Positions 49,190-62,528 of a stretch of 64,000 nt of DNA are shown piece by piece. The notes below the pieces were generated by a model. The model did not search any database and was not told the DNA's origin. It was given only the letters and a program-made list of their open reading frames with translations. The stretch is taken from positions 372,734 through 436,733 of the forward strand of contig OZ316897.1 of NCBI GenBank assembly GCA_973895155.1. Reading direction: 5' to 3'. Positions within the stretch are counted from its first letter, which is position 1. The number at the start of each line of letters is the position of its first letter. Made by a program: the position numbers and the translations under genes. Source of the DNA: Marsupella aquatica (taxonomy: Eukaryota > Plantae > Marchantiophyta).

Positions 49190-51110
49190 TATTATAGTTG
49201 TAGATATTTGTGAATACAAACAATAAATCTTTTGCTCAATTATTTGTCAATCTATTGTGACTTGCCAAATGTATGAATCCATATGAATTCCAATTTTGTT
49301 CACACTACTAATGCGCACAGTTTTTGGTGCAAGATTTTTCTAGCTATAATTCTCAAATCCTTAATATAATCAACACCATAAAAAAGCCACCACTCTCTTG
49401 GAGTGACCTTAACTATACTTGATTGGGCTCCTCTGACCAATAGTGTTGCATTTTGGCAAATTCTTTTGCGTCTCAATTGCTTGCATTTGGATGGCAAAAA
49501 TGAGTGCATCGATCTCGCGATCATGGTTGATCCCCTCCTTCACCTGGCTTGTATTTTTCATATCTAGCAAATTAATGTATTCATTGAAACCTCCAAACAA
49601 TTATACATTTCCTGCCACATCTTTGTCCTCATCAAAAAACATGTTAGGATTGATATATGCCGCAGCTAGCATAAATAAGTAGTAAGACATTCTCTTTGAT
49701 CCATATACACTTTTAGTATCCTTGGTTTCAAGTACCTTAATACCAAATGAACATTCCTCCATGCTTGCCTTGAGATCAATAATCTCCCTCTTCAAACTCC
49801 AATACAACCAAGGTGAGTGCGTTGAATTACCATTGAATTTGGGCAGCATCTTCACCAATGGAAGAAAGAAGTTCATTGTAGCCGTCACTTGTCAGTCTGA
49901 GCCCAAAATGCATCTTCAGTGTTGTATCCACACTTTAAGTTCCTCTACCTTTCCCCTTCAGTTGTCATATACCCATCTGATGTTGGTTGCACTGGAAGTC
50001 TATCACAATAAGACTTGGTTGCATTTATCATCAATGATCATTTGTTGCAGATGTCCTCTTAGCTCCAATGCTCTTTGTGCCATTAGAAAATTGGTCGCAA
50101 ATCTCTTTGCATTTGGATTTAATAGTTTTTTGTAAGAAGATTTTCTCACAAATATTGCAGAAAATTTTTGCGATAATGAAATTGATTTTACTATTCACCT
50201 CAAGTGTTTAAAAATAGGTTTGAATGGATTTCGTTCGCTCTCATCTACCACAATTTTCTAATGACCACACAATCATGTCTTCTAGCAACAAATTAAACAC
50301 GGGGGCAGCACGCCAACTCCAAGTCTCGGGGGTCTCATTATAATTATGGAGGTCTCCCCATCACCTACGACGTTTTTAGGCTTGGACCCCTTAAAATGTA
50401 AGAAAAATATTTTTTAACCCTTGTAAAGTTAGAATATTCATAGAATATTCCAAAAAATTGGTTAGAAGGACCCTATTATTTTTATAAGTATCAAAATTGG
50501 ATTTAAAAACCCTATTGTTTTTCTGCAAAAATTCTTAAGTGAAACATTTGAAACAATAAAATGACCCTATCCTTTGTCGCAGGCCCGGTCGCACGTAATG
50601 TGCCATTTTTGTGGGAAGTGAAACCCCCGAGCTCCAATTGACATGTGGACATTTTTTTCATTACTATCTCACAACATGCTACGTGATTTTCAAACGCACC
50701 ATCAGTTACAATTTGTATGATGTGATATGCACCAATTTCATCGATATATTTCAGCCACATCTCGATCTTCAAGATATTTTCTATCTTTCCTATCAGCTTG
50801 TGTAACATTCCAACTATCCAAAAAAAATCTCCTTTAGAATTCACAACATGACATTCATCAATATTCTCTACGGTGGTTTTCCCATCCATCTGATGAAAGA
50901 GAGTATCCAAAAGGCCGTGCCTCCTTCACAATTTTTGTCATGTATATTGTGAGATCTTCCTTAGCCTCCTCCAACAACTTCACTTGCAAGTTTCACGTAA
51001 TGTTTGAATTATCACAACCTGAGCCGAAGTTCCAAGATTGCACACCAAAGTTTTCTGATCTCTCATACTTGCCTACATTCCTACTTTGTCCTAAGTAAAA
51101 CTTAACAACC
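49190..51110 (-). mobile_element. Degenerate hAT transposase (DUF659 + dimerisation-type region)
   Basis: IIQIVTDGA, PHVNWSWRAA (a degenerate W..CAAH motif), ATNFL, AAAYINP, WWLFYG..DLRIIARKIL, EQNWNSY..IH..HNRL. Many frameshifts. Element ends not found. Confidence 0.75.
50325..50631. mobile_element. 307-bp hAT-type MITE inserted in the hAT transposase
   Basis: TIRs ctcgggggtctca / tgaaacccccgag. 8-bp TSD ctccaagt (50317) / ctccaatt (50632). Removing it restores the transposase motif. Confidence 0.85.
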
Positions 51111-53263
51111 ATTTATCTATCTGCTTGTACTACTTCAATCTGAGTCTACTCTAAATCCATTTCAAGATCTAGATTGAATATTAATATTGTCATGTTAAGA
51201 TTCATCATCTTATGATCTGGAATTGTCATTTTCAGACTTAGAATCCACATGGGGTTCTTTTCTTAGTGTTTTAATTGACTTTCCAGAAATTTTTAATGCA
51301 AATAAGTCTTACTATTGGAAAAATTTATACTTTTTACAAGTTAAGTTACACACATGAATTCAAAGTTCATCACACACTATCTCACCAAATCTCACTAAAA
51401 ATCTCACTAAATTATGGTGATATCCTTCAAAAACCTTTGTTCCTAGATATTGTGTGTGAGACTTATTACGGTAATCAATGTAGTTCAAATTTAGCCTGAA
51501 AGACATTCTAGGTGTGAAGACAAGGGCAAACAATAAGTGAGCAAAAGAGAACAGAGAGGACAAACACCAAACTCATAAGAAAGGGCACATGCTTGGGCAC
51601 ATGCTAACCCCATAACCCTAGAAGAGCAAAACATAAGGGGTACATGTACCACTACAATAGTTGAGACCAAGGTAGCCTGATTACCCATTCCTTGAACTTG
51701 AGACAAAATAATATTTCTTATTATCTCCCTTTTATCTTTGCCCCCATCCCTGTTGTCTGTACGCACTTTCAGTTATCCCTTATAGTCATTGTCGGGAGGC
51801 TTTGCTCTAGATAGTAGCCTTGAACAGTAGGTGCGATAGCGCTTTATGAGTAAGATTAAGCCCCAAAGATACCTTAGGTGTGAGGAAGAAGAAAGAACAA
51901 TTTTGAGAACTTTCCCCGTATAAAGTAGCAAAGTGGAAACTCTGATGGACACATGTGTTCAACTGAATGCTGGGATAGACACCCAAAACTCTGACAAACA
52001 CAAATCAGATGCCTAAATTTACTTGCATAGCATGTTTTATACTTATGCTCCAAAGATGAGATGTAAACATGCATTTGACCGGCAATAAAGGATTTTCAAT
52101 GAATTCCTGTTTACACCGGCCTAGTACTGGCCCTTCTTTCTCCTTCAGCTGAAAGAGTTGGGTTCCCTAACTTGGTTATGACAGATACACCACATACACT
52201 TCCATATCATGACACTATAAGATTCCCAGAGTATTGTGACATGGTAAAATTCTTGAGTCTATCTGAGTAAAAGTGTCAAATGTTTGTGTCCATCTGAGCT
52301 TCCACTTTGTGAAGAGATGAAAGGCCAGATTTACTGAAAATGTGTGTAGAAGAAAAATAACAAAATTACCAAAAAGGTAGAAAGAAGCCTTGAGTGGATT
52401 AGTAGAACCCTAGTACACACTAACCAAACATTAAATTCTTAAAGTCCCCCTTGCATTACTTCCCAGCCTGCCTTCTTAACTGGTTTGGGTAAGCCACACA
52501 AGTGATTTCAGGAGAGTTTCTTGCATTGGTAAGCGATTCAGATATATTTTGATAACTATATGTATGAATCAACTAGTGAATAAACTAGAGAGTTTGTTAT
52601 CTTCAAAATAAGAAACTCAAGTTGGGATGAGTCCACCCAAGCACTGGTGTGACAGTTGGTTCCTTTTCTGGGCAATTGCAAAGTCCTACCGGGAAAGAGA
52701 GCAAAAACACACGATCCATGTTAGCTAGTAACTCGTTGCTACTTGGTACACATTAAGTGATCATGGGCTAAAGTTGAACACATTTGGATTCTGACAGATC
52801 CAATGCTATTGATCTTGTATTTCAGTTCAATGTATCATTGTTTAAATTATATTTTTGGTTGTTTTCTTCGAATGCTGTTACTACCACATGTCCCCACCTC
52901 CAAAGCAGTGCTCATGTTGCACATAAAAAAGTGCGGAATCGTGTAAAATTATTTGTGATCGCGGTTTCCAACCATGTGATATCATATCCAGAACAACGCC
53001 CAGCATGAACCATTTGGAGCATTTGAAATGGAATCTTTGGTTGCTTTGGAATGAGAATTTCATGCTTACAATTTTCTTCATCCTAGAATCCAAGACTTGA
53101 AACAATCCTGGTCTCTGAGTAAATGCTAAATCACGTTTTGAATTTGAATTTGGGCGCTTGCTGTGGTTGTCGAGACTTGTTTTCTGATTGGACTGAGAGT
53201 GGTTTCATTACTAACCACTAAACACATGAGTGTCTTTTCATATGCATGATGGTCAATCTAGAC

Positions 53264-56200
53264 TTACAATGAATTACTCGAGCTCACAATAGTGTTGGAA
53301 AGACCACAGCTGAAGTCAGGTTCGTCAGAGAATTCCACTGAATTTCCCACCTGTGGATTCTCAAGCTCCAGAAGCATCTGAAGATAATGAAATCCACCAG
53401 AAAACTTGTTAGTCCTCAACCTGAAAGTTAGCCTTTCGATACTTCTTGAGCATATAGTTAAGAAATCTGTCCCGTACAAAGGAACACATAAATTTTGTTG
53501 TAGAGGGAGGATCAGAAGACTACCAGTTCATTTCGTCCAGTCAGAAGCAGTGGTGCGGGGAGGTACAAGCTACATTGTGGGCCCCTCGTCTGCAGCAAGA
53601 CTTCACCAATTAGTTGTTGAGAAAGCTTTCTTTACAGGTCATTTGAGGTATTTAGGGAGATGGGAGCCAAACTTTCACCACGCTCACAGCACCATTCCAT
53701 TGATTCAAAACATCAGCAAAACCAAAGAGTGGAAGTTGCCCTATTCTCCTGAACCGGACTGTTTGCTGCACTACCATTTCATGCTGACTTCGATGATCTT
53801 GGTATTATAGCTAAATGGCTCATCAATAAGTCATCTTGAAATGTGCTGTACCGGCCAATATCGCCCGAGGTTGAATCCGTTAATGAAAAAGACACCCTTT
53901 GACCAACCCCTGAGTGATATGAATGTGTCTGCTGGTTCATCAACATTCAGCCACCCTCTGTAAAACGATGGTCCTCCTGCGGTCCTGGGTTCTGCAGCAA
54001 CTATTGCGATTGCAAACTATTGACGTTAGGGAGTGCATGACGTGGATGGCACGGAGCTACTATATATCCAACAAGCAACGGAATCAATAAAGACATTGAG
54101 AATCGTTTCGCGTAGCCTTTCGACCTGAAAGCATAACATTGACATACTGATGACTCGATGCACACCATCCTTTAAGTGAAAACTACCTTTTATTAAGACC
54201 GGTAAGAAGCAATAAGAACCGCTGGACCAATACTGATAATTTGTAGCAAAATTTAGCTGAATCAGTGAATGGCTTGAAATGATGTTTAATTCAGTCCAAG
54301 AAAGCAGTTGAATTACCAGGTTCTCTTTTGAATTCAAGATTTGTGGTCTTCGGTCCTACGTGTGGGTGATGCCGAACAAGTCCAGAAGCAACATCTTGTA
54401 CATTTTCAAGTGAAATTGGATAAGCCGTCCAGCCAAGGATTCGGATGCCATCCAAGGATACGCCATTTGTTATGCCCTGTTCGAGCCCGCAACTGTCAGT
54501 TGGTCTAGGTAATGTAGTTTGGGCTATAATCTTGCGGCACAAGTTGATCTTCTTTACAAACCTTTCACAAAGTCCAAGTAGAAACAAAAATGTAACGTTG
54601 TGATGCACGGATGTAAAATCTATCTGGAGAGCGATAGGGGCTCAACTTCTTCATCATAGTCTACGGCGTACTGCAAAATTTCTTGTCTTTCAAAGAGCAC
54701 TACTGCATGCTCTTAATAGACTGGTGTGGAACAAAGACCACAATATTTCCCCTTCCACACTAAGACATAAATACTCACGGGATTATTACGAAAGAAACTA
54801 TTCACTGCTGGCGGCTCCCTAAATATATGTTATCACATCTATGACCGGTAATTTTATCTCTTTGGAACATTTTAATGCTGCCCCTTGAAAACAACTCACG
54901 ACCAATAGCTCCGTCTGTTAAACTCAGGAAGTCATAAGGAGACTAGCAGTACCTTCTGATCGTAGATGAAAGGGCCATAGTTTACTCGGCCCAGATTTTC
55001 AACCTGCAAAGAACATCTTACCCACGCTCCCGATCATCGAAAGAAAGTATTTACTTGAATTTCTTCTCAACTAAGCTTTCAACAGGCCAGCACTTTAACT
55101 TACTTGGAACATTGATTATGTCTGGTTCAGACACACATTGAGGAATCAGACGGGGCACAATTTCTTCTGATATAATTAGAAGAATGTGATGTTTCGTAAT
55201 TACAAAACACACATGCACTGTTCTAACGCCAGAGTTTCATGCATGACAGATACAGATAGCATCACAGCACATTTACGAAGCCGGGGAGAAACCGCATGAT
55301 TTTATTTTTTACTTTGAAGGGATGAAATGGAGTACTGAAGATGCACCTTGCGTGATTGCGAGCATTACCAGAATATCAAGTTGCAACCCAGGAAATGCAG
55401 CAGCAGCGGGTAGCTGCAGCGAACAACTAGACCACCGCTCTAGGGTGCCAATATGCATGTTCTTCGGGACAGTAGCTTGATCACCTCCTATGCAAATTGT
55501 GGGTAGCGGAGCGACAAAAACCTGTGCCCTATCATGCACCTGCAATTGGAACAAGTCACAGTGATGCACCGTGTACGAACAGCTGATCATGGCTTTAAGA
55601 GAAAATCTGATCAGCACCTACATGGCACAACTAGGAGACATATGCATCGTAGTAAAGGTGTAAACTATACTTTTTCTGGTAATTTTTCCACAGCCCAAGC
55701 AGTCAGTCTCAGCGTAATGTATGATTGTAGTTCACTCGTAGATGTTCCTTGAAGACTTCAGTCAATTTGCATGAGACATTTCACTAACCTCCGAGATTAA
55801 GAGCTTGCTGCCTGCTTTTGTGTGTGCCGGCAATGTCGATCTGTACAAAATAAATCCTGAAGCCTGCGGTAAATATGATCAGATGCAGATATTCCAGAAA
55901 TTTCTGCAGTTTGACGAACTATTCCAGTATCTCTTTCATGGTTTCTACTGTGTTTTGGGAGGGCAGGGGAGACTTTCACCGTCTTCTGCAGATAGAACTG
56001 GGGGGACCGTGGAAGTGTTGGGAAGGGGGTGCATGAATGGCTTCAAATAGCCATGAATACGATAGAACAATTTCGATTGGAAGGTAAGAATCCAATACCT
56101 GACTTATTAGCTCCATTGGTACGGGCTGCTCCATTGTTATTCCATTTCGAGGTTTCGAGACAGATTGCAGAACATCAAATAGAGATGATAACTTCTGAAG

Positions 56201-59200
56201 CTCCACAATTCCGTATGCTTTTCTTTCCGGTAGTGGGGGTGGATCAGGAAGCAAACTTGAGACGTGCTTGGACAGAACCGCCCTCATAGCTGCCTCATCT
56301 CACACCCGAGTGCATGGGATCAGTGACGAAAAGATCAAAAGTTGTGTTGAAGAGCCTACCTGGGAAAGTCATCGATACATCATGTGATTTGCACCAAAGG
56401 ACACACTCAAGAATTTACAGTGACCAGCCTGAACCTTGTGAACACTATGTGAAGAACAACGAGCGTGAAGGCGGAGAAGACCCAGTTTTTCGACTTCGCA
56501 CAATATTGCCATCCACGAGCGAGGAGCAGGCACGACTGTCACGATAAAACGACAGTGGCGTTCCTAACTAGGTGTACTTCATGGCCTGCAAAGCACATTG
56601 TGACTAGTACGTACCTATCACTTACAAGACGAATACAGTAAGGCTTCTTACACTTTGTACCTTTAAATTTTGCACCATCGCAATTGCCAGCCTCGCCTAT
56701 TGGTGCATCCTGCGCTCAGAACACTGAACAATGTTGATCGAGAAGAAAAATGTTGGTCGAGTAGAATCTGACGTACTTCATCGAATTGAGTCTCAGATGA
56801 AGCGGAATAGCCAGTTCAGCTCCATTCGATAGAAACTTAGCCATTTTGATATACAATGAGAATACTTACATAGTCATACGAGGTAATATCAGGCTGGAAC
56901 TCATATTGCGTGCTACCAGTATTTGCGCCACTGCTGAATCCAAAATTAGTTCCGCCATGTACCATCTGAGGAGAGAAAGTACATAGTCAAGACCGACCAG
57001 AAATAGGTCGCTGCATATTCTTAGAGAAGAATAGGAGCAAGAGACAAGGACATCAGAGAGGTGCCATTGATGACGAATGTGCTTCAACAAGGGGCGTCTG
57101 ATAAGGAACGGTGAAGGCACGCAGAAAGAGTGACAATGTTTTATGTACTCACATAAAGTACAACTGACGCGTTGAGATCAAGTAATCGTTCCAAAGATGC
57201 TGCTACGTAATCAGGATCAGTCTTAGCTAAGGGTTCACCCCAATGAGTCAGCCACCCTGTGTAGAATTCACTGCCACGGCATGGATCTCCATCATATCTC
57301 ACAAACAGGATGCCTTGAACTAGCCAGCTGCACGCCCCCAATCTTTCAAGAAAATGCCAACAACTACCAATCATGGCATGCGAAACGCTGTCGAGAGCAA
57401 CCGGATAAATTTGTTACCTTGACATAGGTGGTGATTTTCCTGGAACGTTGAAAAGCTTCTGGAGTCGGAATGCTTCTGCTGCATCCCATTCCACGGGAAA
57501 GTCCACCGCTGCCAAATTGATTCGAAGAATATAATATGTGTTAATTTAGTAGTCCCAGTGATCTCACTCTCCGTATAAAATTCAAGACTCCCAGAAGGCA
57601 TCAGTTTAGAAAAGAGGTTTACATTAGCTTGAGTAGGTGATGAATCATCTCGACGAGTCATCAACTAGTCTTGACTCACAGTAATAAGTCTCGATCATTG
57701 CATTGAGGCATTGATGCGAGGTACCCCCTACTCAATAATTAGAATCTTACTTCGAGGACTCTCCCACAAGAGACACAACATGGGACCCTCGGTAAGACCC
57801 AACACATCTACAAGATAATATAGGCATCTTTGAAAGTTTTTTTAGGGGGACCAAAAGTAATTTTTGAGAACGTTTCCAGTCTCGAGATATGAAGATGTTG
57901 TAAAGACATCTACTTACAAGTATAGATATTATTTCCGCTGAGGCTCCCACGGTGCAAGCTCTCCAAAGAAGCTCCATCAGTTGTATACCTGGCAGAAACC
58001 AGAAAGCCAACAAACCATGAGGGATCCTGCTCTTTATTGCCCTTGGTTGATGTCTATGTCTCAGAGCATTTACCAAGGACACCCAACAAATATGCAAGCT
58101 AGAAACGGAGAAGATCACATTGCAACCACCCCATTCCTTCTGGAAAGGTAAACTTAATTTGTTCCTTTTTAGGAATCCAGAATGGATCTGTGGCCCGTGG
58201 GTTCCAATTTTCTGCTAAATAGGCCTGTGTCATTCATTTGAGGTTTGGCTAATTTTAAGGCAATCTAAATTTAGAGCCAACTCTGTTGATGGGTGAAACG
58301 GTAAGAACAAGTGAGAGTCCGGAACCTTTCCAAGATCTACTTTGTCATCTCTCCAGGGGATCCGAGAGTCAAGACGAGCACCACCCCTGATCAACAGTTT
58401 GTATATATGCTCAGCCACCACATCATATTCATAAATAGTTCTTCAGCAGCATCCTTCCGGTTCTACTGTGCATTGTGTACCTCTCGGCACCGTGACAAGT
58501 GTGGGGATCTTGTAAGAGTTGCAGAGCATCTCTCGTGTATTATGGTCTTTCACTCTGAGAGTCCTAGTTGACAACATGCATACAGATGATATGTGCGTGC
58601 TGGCGGCACAATGTATCACAAGTACCACCAGAGGGGTCAGAGACTCACAAAATGGCATCTCCAAGATGGGCCCTAGCCTTGGCAGCAAGATGTTCCATGT
58701 AGGCTTTGTCGGCACCAAATGATCCATACTCATTCTCTACCTGCACGGTTAGGCAAACGTCTCATGAAATTCTTGTGGATCCCTATGTGTCAATACGACA
58801 TATCAAATTGAAGTGGTTACAACAGGCTGGATACCAAATCACGGCAGACTCCCAGCTTAGATTTAAACGTAGAATCATGTTCAAAGGAAAAAATTAAACT
58901 TTCAGCAACTAAACGTGTGGAGTGGCAAAACCGGACTGACCAACAAATAAAATAGCAGCAAACCTTGATATTGGAGTATCTTCAAGAGTAGCATATTGTA
59001 TCAGGGCATAAACTCCTACAAAATGCATAGATCTGAAGCCGTTTGTTTACCTGCACCATAATAATCGGTCCTCCTTGCATGTAGAGGAAGGGAAATATTC
59101 TTGGGAGTAAGATATCCCACCAATTGTCAACCTACATGATCAAAAACCAGGGACAAAATCAGATATCTCAAACAGGAGGTTAAACTTGTCCGATACAAAC

Positions 59201-60643
59201 TGAAAGTAAACTGAGAAGCCTAGGGTTGGTACCAGGCTAAGATACTTAGTATCTGAACTCCGTAAACTCAGAGGAGGCTCCACAGCCAGCAACCAGGCGG
59301 GAAAGCCCCCGAAGTCCCATTCTGTATACATTCCAGAGGACCTGTGGAGTTAGTATTGAACCTTACGAAGCTTCAGGATGCAGCAAGTACCGCCTATTAG
59401 TTGCAGAGATTGAGAAGACCAAAATTTTTTCAAAGGTTCACGGGACAGAAGAATCAGCGATGCAGATCAAAGAGATCTAAAAGCAACGAATCATCCATAT
59501 CGATAACCTCTTGATCCCTCTCCTCTATAATGATGGAACAGGACTCTCAAATAAGTTTTCCAAAGTTAGTACCTCCGCAGATGTAGGGTCCAGGACGAAG
59601 CATCACCAGCAAATCTAACCGTTGGGCAAGCTTCAAGAATCCCTCGAGATCAGCAGTCGTATTCTTTTCAAAATTAAGCCGATCTGCCTGTGGCTGATGC
59701 AAATTCCAAGGGACATATGTCTGTACTACATTTAAGCCCAAGGCTTTTACCCTCAGTAGCCTGTCCTCCCAGTACTGCAAAAATAGTGACGAAAAAAAGT
59801 GGACCTCTGTTAATTAAAGTCCATTGTGGGAGATCCACATTGACGCAGCTCGAGCCAGACTATCCACGGCCACGTTCCTTGGATCCAAAGCTCAGATTAT
59901 TGGCCTCGTCCATAGGAAATCTCCTTGTTACTGTTGCTCTAGAGTTGATATCAAACTGGTTACCTCCTTGAAAATTGTTGACTAGATAGTGAAGAGGAAA
60001 GCCTTGCTTACCTGCGGAGGAATTCTGAAGTAGTGGATAGATCCACCCAGAATCCTGAAGGGGGCCCCATCTTTGTAGAACTGATCATTGTCGATAATGA
60101 AAGTCCTCTCATTTGCGGCTAACCTCCTGTCCTGCAAGAAATGGAGACAAGAAATCGGACTTTTTATCCAAGTAGAGTAAATCCTCTGGCAGCAAGCAAG
60201 CGCTACCTCATCAAGTTCTTTCCCCAAATCTAATTCGAAAACCATTCATCATGGCCAAAGCCTTAGAGCAATACTGTAATTCAGAATGCGAAGTTAAAAC
60301 AAAATCTAGATTTCCAGTATGCTGGCCCAGTAACACAGGAGCATACAAGGCCAAAGGAAGTCTAGATAAAAGAAGATCTCGCTTCACATTATGGCAAAAA
60401 AAAACCGTTCGTCGGACCTTCACATTGTTTGGCACGTCTGGAGAGATATTCCGACGCCGATTACGATTTGACAAGATGACATTGCAAGAGAAAATTGAAA
60501 CGAACACTAATGTCAAGCCAATTGGTTTGTCATCACTCTGATTGAACTGGAATTGATGGACCCACCTGAAAAGAAAGTGCAGCAAAGCTGAGGACGAGCA
60601 GAAACAGCTGCAGCAGCGTTGTCTGTCCGGTCGCCGTCACCAT
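53264..60643 (-). CDS. BGAL17: GH35 beta-galactosidase (BGAL17/GLB1-like), 19 exons: 60643-60566, 60131-60012, 59774-59573, 59321-59233, 59131-59051, 58740-58649, 57988-57918, 57508-57418, 57270-57153, 56965-56870, 56709-56661, 56289-56099, 55863-55789, 55539-55369, 55003-54953, 54476-54317, 53991-53852, 53589-53524, 53377-53264
   Basis: Signal peptide; GGSIHYFR, TYVPWNLH, LRPGPYICGEWDFGGFP, QVENEYGS (acid/base), SEFYTGW (nucleophile), YMVHGGTNFG, TSYDYDAP, VENLGRVNYG, NGFNLGRYWP. Splice phases are consistent. Confidence 0.93.
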
Positions 60644-61913
60644 CTTCTACTGCTGCTTCTTCCTGGCTTTTGGAGGTGGGCATGCGCCTCTGTTCAATTC
60701 CCAGAGCAGGAGCAAGGTGATTACACTGGAGCTGTGATCTCTATTCTCCCTGCAAAATGTAGCGAATGGCACCTTCCATCTTCACTGCGCTGCGCTGCGA
60801 GCTGCTAATAGGAAAACGCTGCCATACTCCTCCCAGAAAGCCCACTTGACGGAGAGAGGACAGATTCTTCGGCTAAGCAACTCCAGCAAATCTTTCGTGT
60901 TCTGTAGGCCGTGGAAACCCTTTCATTAGGCATGTTGAATCTAATTGGGTTCAAATAGTCACACGCCAAAGCAATATCTCCAGTGAGCAGCTACACTTCC
61001 ACCGCAATTAGTGTGAGAGAACAATTAGAGTGACACCAATATTAGAGTGACTCGCACTAATTTATGTGAATTCTGTTTTCCATCAGGAATCACACTAATT
61101 AGGTCTGTTAAGTCACCAGAAATTTATCAAGAAAAATCTAATCGATTGATCTAAAGCGCAATCCTGTGTACGATTCCCAAACTGTTAGAAACTGCACCAT
61201 AAGACTGTCTGATGTGAAATGACAACAGGGTCTTCTTCAATTTTGTTGAAAGGCTTGCCAAACAAAAACTAAGGGGAGGGGGAGGAACTTCATAATCACG
61301 ATTCTGAAATTTTGACATCCAGGAGACTAAAGAAATATCGTACTTAGAAACTACAAAGTCATGAAAAGTTTCAGAGGACAGAATGTCGGCCATAATTGGG
61401 GAAAAACGGACCTAAATTTTTCTAAACCTTATCACGATTGTCCTGATATTGTACAGATTTGTGAGGCAAGAATTCGCAAACATAGCGGAAGAGCAAGATG
61501 GATTCAAAGAAACTAGCGAGGATGAGCAAGCCGACATTCAACACCCGTTTTAAATGATCGTTGCTCAATCCGGGTTAAGCTATGGAGGACCAGGGCAGCA
61601 CTTCCAGGAACTCTCCAGGGATACGAAAGTTGTCAGAGGAAGGATAGACCAATGTGAACAAGCGGAGGATGCTGGTATCACCAGTCAAATCTTCGACCTG
61701 AATGGTGATACTCTTGGACATTCCACTCGCATGAGAAGTCATTGAGACAATTATAATTACAGTCGTACAAGAATAATATTTACAAGGACAATTCCGATCC
61801 ATGGCATATCGCCGCAAGAGCAATCATTCTACCCACTTTATTTCCAACCCTTTGAGTCCCTCAAACAGCGATCCATGAATTAATTCGAGATCCTCTCCCT
61901 CGATCGCCCAAAT

Positions 61914-62528
61914 CTAGCCCCATTTCCTCTCACTAACCCCAATCCATTCACCCCAACCCAAAACCTTCCCCTCCAGCTCCTTCGCCAATTCGTTCTTCTT
62001 CGCAACGGAACTCAGCCTACTCCCATCGAGCTTCTCCCCCAGTGCCACGACCATGAAAAAATAGTTATGTGGCCCGTGCCCCTTCATGGCCCTCGGGCCG
62101 TCATACACCGTGCCGTTGAAATTAGCCCCGTACAAGAAGCCCCCCTTCAGCTGCGTCCCTTCCGGCTTCTTCCTCGTCCCTTTTATGGGATCGAAATCCT
62201 CGTCTTGGACACTGGTCTTTGACGCCGGGATGCCATAGAAGATGCCGTGTCCGAGGGGGCTGGGGATCGGCGCGTCGACGTCTTGGACGATGAGCATGTA
62301 TTCTTGGGCATCAGGAACGGGTGACCAGGAGAAGGAAGGGAAGAGGTTTGCACCTTCTTGCGTGTGGTCGATGGACATCAGGGAGCCGGAGGGGCCGCAG
62401 TCCGAGGAGGTCACGGTGATGGTGGGGGACGAAAACGATGTGAAGGCGGGTCCTTTGGTGAAGCGGCCAGCTTCATGGCCCTTCACGTTTGCGAGGAGTT
62501 TCGCAAAGATGAGCTCGACGTAGTCCAT
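61914..62528 (-). CDS. YbhB/YbcL-type PEBP family protein, intronless, fungal-like
   Basis: FPSFSW, YMLIVQDVDAP, HGIFYGIP, YDGPRAMKGHGPHNYFFMVVAL match the bacterial/fungal PEBP pattern (DPDAP..H..Y.GP.P..GHG.H.Y.F..AL). 204 aa, intact, GC-richer than its flanks. Confidence 0.85.
   Translation of the reverse strand: MDYVELIFAKLLANVKGHEAGRFTKGPAFTSFSSPTITVTSSDCGPSGSLMSIDHTQEGANLFPSFSWSPVPDAQEYMLIVQDVDAPIPSPLGHGIFYGIPASKTSVQDEDFDPIKGTRKKPEGTQLKGGFLYGANFNGTVYDGPRAMKGHGPHNYFFMVVALGEKLDGSRLSSVAKKNELAKELEGKVLGWGEWIGVSERKWG

Noticed and set aside
50325-50631. Introner-like MITE (GT at base 8 and terminal AG would leave an in-frame 15 nt)
   Set aside because: Donor (GTTTCA) and acceptor (CCGAG) are poor, and the host transposase is dead, so this is probably coincidence.
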